DNA from: Felis catus
Taxonomy: Eukaryota
NCBI RefSeq assembly: GCF_018350175.1
Contig: NC_058368.1
Coordinates: 196,046,001-196,110,000, forward strand
Direction: 5' to 3'
Length of the DNA stretch: 64,000 bases
Part shown: one piece after another, positions 52,614 through 64,000 of the stretch
Numbering within the stretch: the stretch's first letter is position 1
How the letters are laid out: each line of letters begins with the position of its first letter
Notes under the pieces: model-generated
What the model was told of the DNA's origin: nothing
Seen by the model: the letters and a program-made list of their open reading frames with translations, nothing else
Database searches by the model: none
Translations under genes and position numbers: made by a program

Positions 52614-52710
52614 GGCAGATTCCTTTTAAAGGGGCCCGAGGGGCCTCTGTGAGACTCTTAGAAGGTGCCTCACAGGTGTCCCTGCACTCCCAAGGCTGGT
52701 GGCTCAGTTC
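52614..52710 (-). other. Candidate non-coding upstream exon of NDST1 (5' end uncertain)
   Basis: Consensus intronic donor GCC|gtaagt at 52613-52608, 11.7 kb upstream of the exon-2 acceptor, in unique sequence; no transcript evidence available. Confidence 0.3.
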
Positions 52711-55700
52711 CTGGGGTCAGGAGACTGGAGTTCTAGTCCCAGACCTGGCTGGGGGGAGGCAAGTGAGGCAGCAGGCACAAACGGTAAGGAGGCGCCCACT
52801 CTCAGATGCTGCTGTGCGCACTTGCCCGATGCTGAGAGGGAGCACCATCTCCCAGTAGCACCCGAGAGTGAGGGGCTCCTTCAAGTTCACCCCCCAGGCC
52901 CAGCCCTCCCCTAACCCGCCAGTGACCTCGGCCAAGCACCTGCTCTTCTCCAGGACTAGCTTTGGTCACCAGCAAAGCGAGCAGTGCCAGATGACTCCAA
53001 AGGCCCTGCTGCTTCCAAGCTGGGCGTCTCTGACCTACAGCGCATCCCCAGAAATGGGCACAATGGTTCCCTCTCCCATCAGTCCTCAAACTCCAGGCAG
53101 AAAACACATTATACCACCGTCCTACATAACCACGCGTGACGCCCTTTGCCGAATGCTTGGCCTCCACTTCATCAGGGCTTCATCTTACAAGTATGGAAGC
53201 TGAGGCTTGTGGAAGTTAAGCAACTTGCTAAGGCCCCCAGTTGGGAAGTGCTTAGCTGAGATTCGAACCGGTGTCTGGCTATAATCCTACATTCCATGGC
53301 ATTAGCCACAGATAACCCAAAATCCACCAGGGCCTGGAAGATGCCACTGGGTCTTTGCACCTCCCACACCTTCGAGTGTGCGGTGGTGAGGCTGATGTGA
53401 AAGGCAGGCTGGTGGAGGCCGGGAGCAGGCAGGCAGGCATGGGAAGCCCGTGTGGGCGCTGAGCATTTGCAGACTGACCAGACTGCAGCCAAGCCAGTTG
53501 TCCACCCCTGTGGCTACAATGTCCTCGTCGCCATCAGCACACCGCAGCCACTGCCGTGCCATTTTTAAATCATTACACAGATGCAAAGCTTTTTCACAGA
53601 CATTGCTTTAGCATCACATGACAGCCTTACAAGAACATAGCAGGGATTTCTTCCACCCTTCTCGAATGAGGAAAGTGGGGTTCCCAGAGGAGGAGTGATG
53701 TCCCCAAATGCACACAGTGAGGCAGTATTTGAGAGTGAACTCGGAGCGCCCATCTTCTGCCTCCCAGTCCAAAGCTTTGTTGACTCCTCTGTGCCCTCGA
53801 CCTTCAGTTCAGTCAGCGTTTATAACAATGACCATTTTTGAGAGCTCAGTCCTTGCAGGTATAATATCCTTCACACATGATCTCATTTAAACCACCCCCC
53901 CCCCCCATTAATTAAGTACTACTACTGTTTGCCTTTCACAGAGACACTGAGGCTCTGAAATTGTGGCTATCTCGCCCCAGGTCACCATGCTAGGAAGGGA
54001 CACAGCTGGCTCAGAAGCTCTGTGCTGCGCTGCTCAGTCTGGGACCGGAAGGGAGACCAGACATGCTCAAGCAGCACGTGTGCCTGGCAGGTCAGGCAAG
54101 AGTATGATAATAGGAAGACAAACAAAGCTCTCAGAGAGCCCACAAGACAGAGGCTGTTACAAACATCCGGGCAGGAGGCCAGGAGTCTAAGCAAAGGACA
54201 TGGGAACAAAGGGAGGTGACAGATAGTAGGGAGGTGGCCTTGTGAGACCTTGGTCAAGTGCCTTGCTCTCTCTGGATCTCAATTTACCCAGCTATTAAGA
54301 GAAGTCCCTGGAATATCTCCAGAGCCCCCTCCATCTCTAAAAACGCTTGGACCCTGGGAAAACAAGCAATGCCTAATGACAGCTTGGCTGTGAGCCCTGG
54401 GGGCTCCGAAATGTCCTTTGCCATCCTGGCATGGCTCAACTGAGGAGAAACAGGCTTGCGAAAGCCCAGGGCTCAGCCGGCATGCCTGGGCACCAGTGAA
54501 GTGTGGGTCTTGAGGGGGCCACATTCCTCCGCCTGTCGTCAACCTCTCCACGGCTCCAGTGCAGCAAGCACCACCCAGCCTGGACCGAGACCAGGAACCG
54601 AGGGCACAGTCAAGTGCCCAGTGGAATGCCACTCCGGGCCTGCCCCGCCCCTCCCCGCCCCCGGCCCTGTCCAGAGCCCTACATGTAACTCAAGTCCCCT
54701 CAATGTCACCCACCCCTCAAAGCCGCACATTTACATTCCCTAAGGTCAGTCACTGGCATGTACAGCCCAAGAGGCCTGTAGGAGAACTTAAGGGAAAGAA
54801 TCACTCCATCCCCGAGGGACCTGTGCAAGGCAGAGGCTGCTCATGCCAGGTCAGTGAAGACCCCCACCTGAGGAAGGCAGGAGAACCCAGTAGGGCCAGC
54901 CCCCAGTTCTCACTCTGGGGGGTAGAAAGGGTCAGGACTTACCAAGAGGACTCAGGCCAAGTCCCCACTCTTGCAGCTGCTCTCACATCACATGTGCAAC
55001 ACACTCCTACTTAGTAACCTTCCATGGCTCCCACTGCCCCCAGGCAAAACCCCTTCCCCTGACCCACCGCACAGGTCACTGCTACTAACAGGCTGAGTTA
55101 ACAGAGAATGGGATGTGCCAGGGCCTTTGCTACGTGTTTTGTGTAAATTTTCTCATTTAACTCCCACTGCAACTCGGACACGGGTACCATGGTTGGCCCA
55201 TTTTCACAGATGAGAAAATTAAGGCTCAGAGAGGTTATGTTCCTGGCCGAGAGTCTCACAGCCAAGCAGCAGGGCAAAGATGCACACCCATACCTGGACT
55301 CCGAAGCCCAGGTTCTTAACCACCGTGCTATGCGGCCGCCTCAAGCATAACCTTCCACCCTCAGAACCCTGGGGCAAGCCCACCACTTCTGTGTACAAGA
55401 GGGGAAACCAAGGCCCGGAGTGATAGCTCTCTCTATTGGTAGCAGAGCCAAGACAAGGCCTGAGGCCTCCAGGGCTCGCCTCCAGCCTGCCCCCTCCCCA
55501 CCCCACCCCCCCCACCCCCGACCAAAGAGCCATGCCAGGTAGAAAGGCTGGGACCACCATGACAGTGAGCCATCGGAATCTGCCTTTTTCCTCCGAAGGG
55601 AAAGGCAGTAGGAGGCTGTCAAAGAGAGAAAAGAACATGAAGGGCCCAGGAAACATTTGTTCTTAGAGAACAGAGTCTCAGAGTTCGGGAGGGCAGCCCT

Positions 55701-55779
55701 CACACCCACACAGGAATTGCCCCTTCAGCAGCAGGAATACAAGGCCCAGGACCAATCTCTACCCACGTGCCCTCCACTC

Positions 55780-56650
55780 CAGCCAATGCTCCGGTGTAAC
55801 GCATCTGACCTGAAATCTCCATTTCTCTCCCCAAACCTGCTCGTCATGCAGCCTTCCCTGTCTCAGTAAATGACAATGCTGTCCTTCCAGTGCTGCAGGC
55901 CAGAATCCTTGCTGTGGACACCCGCTTCTTCTCACATCCCACACCCAATCCATCAGCTTATCCAGTGAAATTGATCCAGAATCCGACCTCCGGCTGCCTC
56001 CCGCACAGTGGTCACACTGAGCCCTCCTTCATCTGAGTGCCTACGGGGGCTTTCCACCCTGCCATCACTTCTCGGGTGGTAGTTCACTCAGTCCTTCCCA
56101 AATGTGTGCTGGAACAAGGGCGGCCTCTGCCCTCCCTCAGCAGCTTCACCTTTACTCACACTAAACAGCAAAGTCCTCTCGAGTCTGCCCTCCCTCCGGT
56201 CCCATCCCCGACAAGGGTGACTCTTCTTTCTGTCCCAGCCACACCAGCCTCCTGGCTGTCCCTCAGATACACCCCACACCCTCCTGCCTCAAAGCCTTTG
56301 CGGTGCTGTTTCCTCTGCCTGAAATGCTCTTCCCCAGACAGCCCGTGGCTCCCGCCGCCTCCCTCGTGGAGCCTGCCGGCCCTCTTACCAGAGGCTTTCC
56401 ACCACTGCCCAACACAGGAGGGCCATTTGCTCCAGTCACTCTTTCTACCCCCAACCAAGCTTTATTTTTCTTCCAGGCACCTCTTGCCACCTGAAAAACA
56501 GCCAGTATCGAACTGGTATTTGCTGCTTTGTTGATCTTGCCCCACCGCTAGAATGTCAGCCCCAAGTCCAAAACAGGGACACAGTCTGTTTTGCCCACCG
56601 CTGTGTCCCAGGGCAAGGAAAAGCGCCCAAACAAGGCAAATGCTTGACAA
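55780..56650 (+). mobile_element. L2 LINE 3' fragment
   Basis: catcccacacccaatccatcagc, cctctgcctgaaatgctcttcccc, ctagaatgt...cagggacacagtctgttttg. Confidence 0.7.
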
Positions 56651-58757
56651 AAAAAGCATTTTTTTGAACACATCTTTTGGTTTCTGCAGCTCCTGGAGAC
56701 CAGTGTCACTTGGAGGCTGATCACCTGTGCCAGCTGCAACCCCGAGGGTTGTCACATGAACAGTTCCTGGCCAAATCCCCAACCTGTCCTGGGACAACTG
56801 ACTGCTTGCACCAGAACAGGACTTTTCCTGGCCCCTGTCTGAAGCCTTTACCCCCCTTTTGGCCACTGCAGGAGAACTTCTGGGTCTGACAGCTGGCTCC
56901 ACAGGGCGGCTCCAGCCACTGGCAGGAGCAGAGACTGGGCTGCGGCTGCCAGCTCTCCCAGCCCCCCAGTGCTGCCGGGTCCCGGGTCCAGCATCTGACA
57001 AAGGTTGCCCCACGCTCCCAGCAAGAGGAGGCGGAGGAGGCCGGCCCGGTGCCACGCCTGCCCTTTTCCTGTTGGAGCACTGAGGGCCATCAGAAGGAAG
57101 CTTTGTCTCCAGAATAAAGAGCATGAAGCCCAGTGCCAGGGAGAGACGGGCACCGAGGGGGCTGGCCCATCAGACAGTTTAAGGGAAAAAAAAAAAAAAA
57201 AAAAAACATGGGATAGAGAATGTTTGAAGGCTAATTTGCACACCCAACCGGTCTCATGCCTCCAGGATGGCTGTGACAGTGTAACTTCACTTTGCCAGGC
57301 CCTAGCCTGGAGGTCAACACAGACAATCAGATGATTGTCCCAGCTGGGTCAATTGGCACTGACCCTGCACAGAGGGAGGTGGGGACAGAGGAGTGTAGTC
57401 TTACCTGAGAGTCAGATGACCTGAATCTAGGCCTGACTTTCCATGCACTTGTGTGTGACCCGTCTGTACCTCAGTTTACCCATCTATAAACGGCTTGTCC
57501 AGGCCTGCACTTTGAAGCCTCAGGTTGCCTGCCATTGGATCACACAGTGCGGCACCTCTCAGCCTGTGGCCAGGTCACTGGGCCACACAGGTGAGACTCC
57601 AACTTCGCTGGGCTCAGGTCCTCTCTGTGGGGCCTGATACCCAGGCCATAGCCCCTGCCCACTCTGACAGGCTTATAGTCTCCCTCCTCCCATGATGACC
57701 TGACAAACGTGAAACCTCTCTGGGCCTGGCCCAGTGACAGGTGGCCTCACCCCACCCAGACACTGGCACCTGCACCGATCCCCTCTGTCATCCTCTCCAA
57801 GGATGGCTCACAAGGCCCCTTCGGCCACAACCCACACAGAGGGCAAAAGAGAAGCCCAGAGAGGGAAAAGGGCATATTGATGTCACACAGCCGACTGCCA
57901 CCCACGGGTCCTCCCTAGCAGCCCTGGGCTTCATGAGTTAAGACAGGGTCCACACAACCTGTCTACAGAGCCCCATGTCTGAACCTTCCGGGGAGGGGGT
58001 GCTACACCATAGACTGAAGGAACCAAAGATGGGGGACAGAAATCTGCGTGTAGTTTTTACAAGCTTCCCAGCTTTTTCTTACACCCAGAACAACTGCAAC
58101 CTCTCAGCCAAGACCTCTTTCAGGAGGAGCACAGCTTAGCTGGCCTCAAGGGATGTGCAGGATTTCAGCGGAAAGAGTGAAATAAACCTTGGACAGACAT
58201 CTGCACAGAGGAGTCAACGGATAAAGCACGTATTCTAGGAGCAGAGTAAAGCAGAGAAAGGCTCAAAAGAGGGGAAGCCCATTCCAGTAAACACCTGAGC
58301 TGATGCCCCCCTTTCCCTCTGTACCCCCAGGACGCAGAAGTCTGGACTTGGTGCCATCTGAGGGCTGCTGACCCCGGCCTCTCTCTCTCCCCAAACTCCT
58401 CCAAACCCCCTGGGAGAGTGAAACGTGGGACTGTCACAGGTCAGATGCTCCTCTCTGTGGTTATACGGCAGCATGGGGACGACACTTTCAGTGACTGTGT
58501 ATCCGCAGCTTAAGAAGCTGCCTGGGTCAGTGGCTAAGCAGTCACAGCTTATCTGGGAGGAGGATTCGAGGGCCACAGGGCAGGAGGATCCAGAGGCCTC
58601 TATTAAATGGAACCTTTGCAGCCGGCGGCGGGGAGCAGCACTGCCACACCTTCATTCATAAAGGAGATATTTAATTTGCTCCTGCTGTGCACACAGCCCT
58701 GAGCCTGAGCACCATGCTTTGAGCAGAGATGAGCCAGCCCCCTACCCTCCACCATTC

Positions 58758-58975
58758 TTTTTTTTTTTTTAATGTTTTATTTTATTTTTGAGAGACAAGA
58801 GAGAGACAGAGCATGAGTGGGGGAGGAGCGGAGAGAGAGGGAGACATAGAATCTGAAGCAGGCTCCAGGCTCGGAGCTGTCAGCTCAGAGCCCGACGCGG
58901 GGCTGGAACCCACAAACTGAGATCATAACCTGAGCCAAAGTCAGACGCCTAACCGACTGAGCCACCCAGGCGCCC
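58758..58975 (-). mobile_element. Can-SINE (SINEC_Fc-like)
   Basis: Reverse consensus; TSD ctcca(c/t)cattctt. Confidence 0.93.
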
Positions 58976-59126
58976 ACTCCATCATTCTTAAAGAGCTCAC
59001 AAAGCAGACAAGGAACAACACTATATAACACAAGAAAGTAGTTCGTGACTCCAGGATAGGGTTACAAACTCAAATACCTGGAGGGCCAGAAAAAACAGGT
59101 AAGTGTGTGTTAAGAATGCAGGCTCA

Positions 59127-59245
59127 GGGGGTGGGAGGGAGGGGAGGGTGGGTGATGGGCACTGAGGAGGGCACCTGTTGGGATGAGCACTGGGTGTTGT
59201 ATGGGAACTAATTTGACAATAAATTTCATATTAAAAAAAAACAAA

Positions 59246-59276
<31 letters not shown>

Positions 59277-59281
59277 AAATA
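59127..59281 (+). mobile_element. 5'-truncated felid L1 3' end
   Basis: G-rich L1 3'UTR, ttgggatgagcactgggtgttgtatgg...aataaa, (AAAT)n tail; degenerate TSD aagaa(tgc/cgt)ag(g/a)ctca. Confidence 0.88.
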
Positions 59282-62200
59282 AAAGAACGTAGACTCAAGG
59301 TCTTCCGATCTTCCAGTTTGTGAAGTAAAGCCAGAAATAGGGATTTTGAGGTGAAATCTCCTCTTGGCAATTAGCTCAATTTTTGGCATGGGTTAAGTAG
59401 GATGTGCCCATGGGGCAGATGTGGCCTGCCAGTTTGTGGCCTCTGTTTTCCTGAAAGGGACACAGAACGTGCCATGGCGCTCAGCGGAAGCCAACTCCCC
59501 TGCAGCTGAGGTCCCCGGAAGGCTTCCTGGGAGAGAACTGGTGTGGGCTGCCAGATGGTGGGGCTTCACTCCTGGGAGGGAATCCTGGGGAGGGGTACGC
59601 ACACCCACTGGAACCACAGGGGCCATGGGTCAAAGGTCCCCTAGCCTATGGCCTGTCTTTCCTCTTAAAGAAGAGTCCTTGTCTCCGGCCCCAAAGCAGG
59701 CACAGAGGCATCAGCTCTGAACATCCCCAGGAGGTAGGAGGGGCCACCTTCCCAGCAAACCTCCTGATTACATCACTTGGCGGCAGGATAGCACAGGTTA
59801 ATTTCATCCCTGGAGCTTGAGGAACAGATCAACTAATGCAACAGCTCCATCAGAGGTAGAGACAATGGAGGACAAAACGAGGTTAAGAATCGTGTCCTGC
59901 CTGGCCAGGCCTGGCTGGTTACATAAGCCTGCCTCAGGACAAAGCCACGTTCAAGGCACCAGGGAGGGCCTGGGCTAGAGAGGCCCAGAAATACAGAGAG
60001 GGTTCTCCCTCCCTCCCTGTCTACCCCTACTCTCCAACCTTGCCTTGCAGCGCCTGGAAAGCCCAACACAGAGTACAGAGCTAAAGGTGGAGACTAAGAC
60101 CCCAAGATAAGGCACTTAAGAGGACTGCAGAGCTGGAACTAATAATAATAGCAAACTTTTACTGAGTAATGACTTTGTAGCAGGCACTGGGATAAGTCCT
60201 TTCATGGATTCTCTTATTTAAAAGTCAGTAACACCATGAGATGACAATTATTACTCCCATTTTACAGATTGGGAAACTGAAGCACAGACACAGCAACCTA
60301 TCCAAGGGCACAGGCCTTCTAACTGAAGGGTGTGGCTTAGACCCCAATACTGGCCTCTGAGACCACGTTCTGCACCACCTGCTGCCACCAGGCTACTTTC
60401 TGCTAGAACACTGGAACCACCCCGCCCCTTCAGCAACTCCTCGCGGCAGGCAGTACATGCATGTGGGCCCCTGTCCTCCTGTCAGCACTTGGCGGGGAGG
60501 CGGGGGGGGGGGGGGTGCGGCGGGGAGTCGAGTCCTCTGAAAACCTGATGAAACCTACAGACTCTCTCTGCAGGAAAAAATGCATAGAAATCCCCACGAA
60601 ATGTTGTGCGTGATTTCAGGGGCACGCAGACTCCTGCACTGGTGACAATGGATGAGTCAAGATCATAGGATACGTACGATCAAGAGATAGGAGGTGGCAG
60701 AGAAAGAGGATTCCCCCGAGCCCTCTGGGATGCCTCATATCTATAAACACGGGGCCCAAACTCACAGCTGCTTAAGTTCACAGGCGTGGGCACAAACCAG
60801 GGCTCAGGGTCTAGTCATCCCTTCGGGGCTAGGAGAACAGGATAAATCACGACGTACAATAGCCCCTGCCTTTGCACCCACTGGGTGTGAGTCACAGCTC
60901 CCAGCTGCCGGGCAGACGGGGAACAGCTGGGCCCCGGCATCTGGACGGGGGTGGCATCACCAAGCACACCATCCCAGCCTCCCGCCCACCGCACAAGTCA
61001 ACATCCAGTGAGCCCACCTCACTACAGACCAGCCCTGGCCTTGCCCTACCTCCACAGCTTTGAGTGTTTCCCAGGGGGACCCCTCCGTGGCCCCTGCCCA
61101 GCTCCCATGCCAGCCACGGCCCTGGGAGGAGTGGGTCAAGACAACAGCCCCTTGCAAGGCCCCAGAAGACCCAGGCTCCAGTGCCAAGTCTCCCGCTGTC
61201 TCACTGCGTGACCTCAGGTAGGCTCGTCCTGCCTCTCAGAGCCTCAGTTCCACCAATTGTCAAATGTGGAGACCACCCTATCCAGTCCTTCCCAGCTCAA
61301 AGCCGAGCGTATAAACAGTGGCATCTGACAAACTTTGTGCCGCCCTGGGACCCTGCTTTCAGGAAGTTACATAAACATCCTTCAGAGAAACAAAAGTCCA
61401 ACCTAAAGACGACTTTTTTTTAAAAAGGATATCAAGAAGCCCTTTTTATAGTCCAACTTCCCCCATCCTACTTCCATTGTTCCAAATATCCTCTCAGGAC
61501 CTAGAAAATACACTGGGTTTCCGTCTGGGGTTTGGGCTTCTGAGTGTTCTTCCCTCGGAGGCGGCCCCGCCTCTCCTTGGCAGCTTTCTCCCCAGGACAC
61601 TCCCGTCTCGGCCCCCAGCACTGCCCTGGGCTACCCCGAGGGCTATGATGGCCAAAGATGGGGTGGGGTGCAGGGGCAGTTTTTGGGAAACAAAGCCTTC
61701 TCTGGTCAGAACAGAGACAGCGCCGGGTTCGGGTCCCCATCATGACACCATGTGTGGCCCTGTGTGGGCAAGTCCCTGTTCCTTGGTTCACCACTGAGAA
61801 ACGAAGGGGTTCCCGCTGTGTCAGGAAAGCCCTCCAGTTCCTCAGCAGTACCTTGGTGACACTGAGGCAGAAAAGGACAGCACTGGACAGTGGGCTCTGA
61901 TCTTGACCCCCACCCCTACCCCTCCTCCTAGAACCAGAAGAGGGTTCTTTTCTTTCTCTGATTTTATCTCCTGTCCTAGCTGTGGGACCTTGAACTCAGC
62001 ACTGAGTGAGTCTCTGTGTACCTCAAATGGCCATCCATAAGATAGAAAGAATGACAGTGTCCAGCAGAGGCCCCAACATGGAGGCTTCAGCCCTAATCAT
62101 CCCAACACAATCCCATCACCCCGCCAAAACCTAATTCACTCATTTGATATTTGACGTATTTTTGCATCTTTAAAAAACCAATCCAAGTGGGGCCTGCTAC

Positions 62201-62450
62201 ATAAACATTCCAAGACAATCTCCTACTTCCCTTCTTCCAAAGAGATCGTGTTTCCAAGCACCTCCATAGAATTCTACAGAATTCCTAGATCTATCACCTT
62301 ATGGCTGTATGGCCTCAGTATTTTCATCTATAAAATGGGGACAATAATAGTGCCTACTTTATAGGATTATGCCGAGTAAGCAGATTAAGGTCTCAAAAAA
62401 TGTTGAGTGAAAATGATATGATCATCTTCATTAAAATTATTGACATAGTT

Positions 62451-62632
62451 GGGGGGCCTGGGTGGCTCAGTCAGTTGAGTATCTGACTCTTGGTTTCAGC
62501 TCAGGTCATGATCCCAGGGTCATGAGATCGAGCCCTGTGCCAGGCTTCTTGGGATTCTCTCCCCCTGCCCCCTGCGCCTCTCCCCCACTCACATGCACTC
62601 TCTCAATAAAATAAAAATAAATAAAAATAAAA
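62451..62632 (+). mobile_element. Can-SINE (internally deleted)
   Basis: SINEC head and A-rich tail. Confidence 0.85.
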
Positions 62633-63102
62633 ATATTGAGATGTTTAAAACCACTGGACTGGTGACAGCTAAGGTCCCTTAACCCTCTCAAGTCACATCT
62701 GACCACTGTGATCACACACACACATGCGCAAACACACACGCACACCCTTCTCTGGAGCAGGATCCACACTCTCTGCCTGGCCCCAGCCCCAGAACACAGC
62801 TGGTTTGTTCCTGGAACCCACCCTTGCCTCCCACAAAGTCCCCCACCCTTCAAGTCCCCTCATCCTGCCTTCCTTAAGGGGCCCCACCACTGTCTCCTAT
62901 AATTGTCTTGGGGTTCCACTGAACCTTGTTATTGTGTCACAAGAGTGTCTCCCGGAGATGTGACAAGATGATGGGTCCTTGACGACAGGGTAGAGAAAAA
63001 CTGGGCTTTTCTCTGGGTCTTCAACATTTGCTGGGTGTCTGAATATGCTGAGAGCCCAAGGAGGGAAGGGTGTTGTTGTTTTTTTAATTATCTAACCAAG
63101 TG

Positions 63103-63111
63103 TTTCTTTTC

Positions 63112-63142
<31 letters not shown>

Positions 63143-63394
63143 CTTTTCTTTTCTTTTCTTTTCTTTTCTTTTCTTTTCTTTTCTTTTCTTTTCTTTTCTT
63201 TTCTTTTCTTTTCTTTTCTTTTCTTTTCGAGAGAGACAGAGCATGAGCAGGAGAGGGGCAGAGAGAGAGGGAGACACAGAATCTGAAACAGGCTGTCAGC
63301 CCAGAGCCTGATGCAGGGCTCGAACCCATGAACCATGAGATCATGACCTGAGCTGAAGTTGGTCACTCAACCGACTGAGCCACCCAGGTGCCCC
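63103..63394 (-). mobile_element. Can-SINE whose tail is an (AAAAG)~24 repeat
   Basis: Reverse consensus; TSD tctaaccaagt; (CTTTT)n at 63103-63228. Confidence 0.92.
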
Positions 63395-63447
63395 TCTAAC
63401 CAAGTTTTGCTTCAACTTTAGCATGCACCTACATTACTTGGACGCTT

Positions 63448-63673
63448 CTTTTTTTTTTTTTTTTAATGTTTATTTTTTGAGGCAAAGAGAGACAGACAGA
63501 GTGAGCAGAGGAGGGGCAGAGAGAGAGAGGGAGACACAGAATCTAAAGCAAGCTCCAGGCTCCTAGCTGTTATGACAGCACAGAGTCCAACGCGGGGCTT
63601 GAACCCACAGACCGTGAGATCATGACCTGAGCCGAAGTCGGACGCTCAACCAACTGAGCCACCCAGGTGCCCC
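63448..63673 (-). mobile_element. Can-SINE inserted into a MER5A-like DNA transposon (about 63400-63845)
   Basis: TSD tacttgg(ac/cg)gcttct; right flank has MER5A phrases ttctgattcagtaggtctggg, aatttgcatt, gagaaccactg. Confidence 0.85.
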
Positions 63674-64000
63674 AGTACTTGGCGGCTTCTTAAAACAGAC
63701 TGCTGGACCCCTCCTTCCCCCCTCATCCCAGTTTCTGATTCAGTAGGTCTGGGCGGGGGGGGTCAGATAATTTGCATTTTTAGCGACTTCCCAGGTAATA
63801 CCCAGGTAATGCTACTAGTCCAGAAGCCAACCCTGAGAACCACTGACTCAACCTGCAGGTGAATAAGGAAGAGCCTCCATGAGCATGTGACGTTAAACCT
63901 CCTGTAAAAGCGTGAGCAGGAGCTGCCGTGGTCTAAGAAGAGGAGGAAGGGAATCTGGACAGACAGTGATGCATAAGTGAAGGCCCTGTGATGACGACAT

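Noticed and set aside
63035..63366. KRKEK / FSFLF repeat ORFs
   Set aside because: Translations of the (CTTTT)n SINE tail

Overview
Mammalian genomic DNA, most likely a felid: it is dense in Can-SINEs of the SINEC_Fc type and carries a felid-type L1 3' end. The window holds the complete coding region of NDST1 (heparan sulfate N-deacetylase/N-sulfotransferase 1) on the minus strand. I mapped 14 coding exons by hand (ATG 40513, TAG 13757); they sum to 2649 nt = 882 aa + stop with consistent intron phases. A ~5 kb 3'UTR ends near an AATAAA at 8780-8785, and about 23 kb of intron 1/upstream sequence follows exon 2. The rest is SINE, L1, L2, MIR, MER and LTR repeats plus microsatellites. The other ORFs in the track appear to be GC-rich or repeat-derived noise. 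I found no new protein-coding system. The best second-look items are regulatory: a GC-AG intron cutting the PAPS-binding loop right after catalytic Lys614, two uORFs in exon 2 (one a strong-Kozak MVT*), an intron-7 read-through frame that stops after 4 codons, inverted SINEs that could circularise exon 2, a triple RFX X-box cluster, a structurally intact solo LTR, and stacked miRNA seed sites. Repeat family names are by eye, without a database search.
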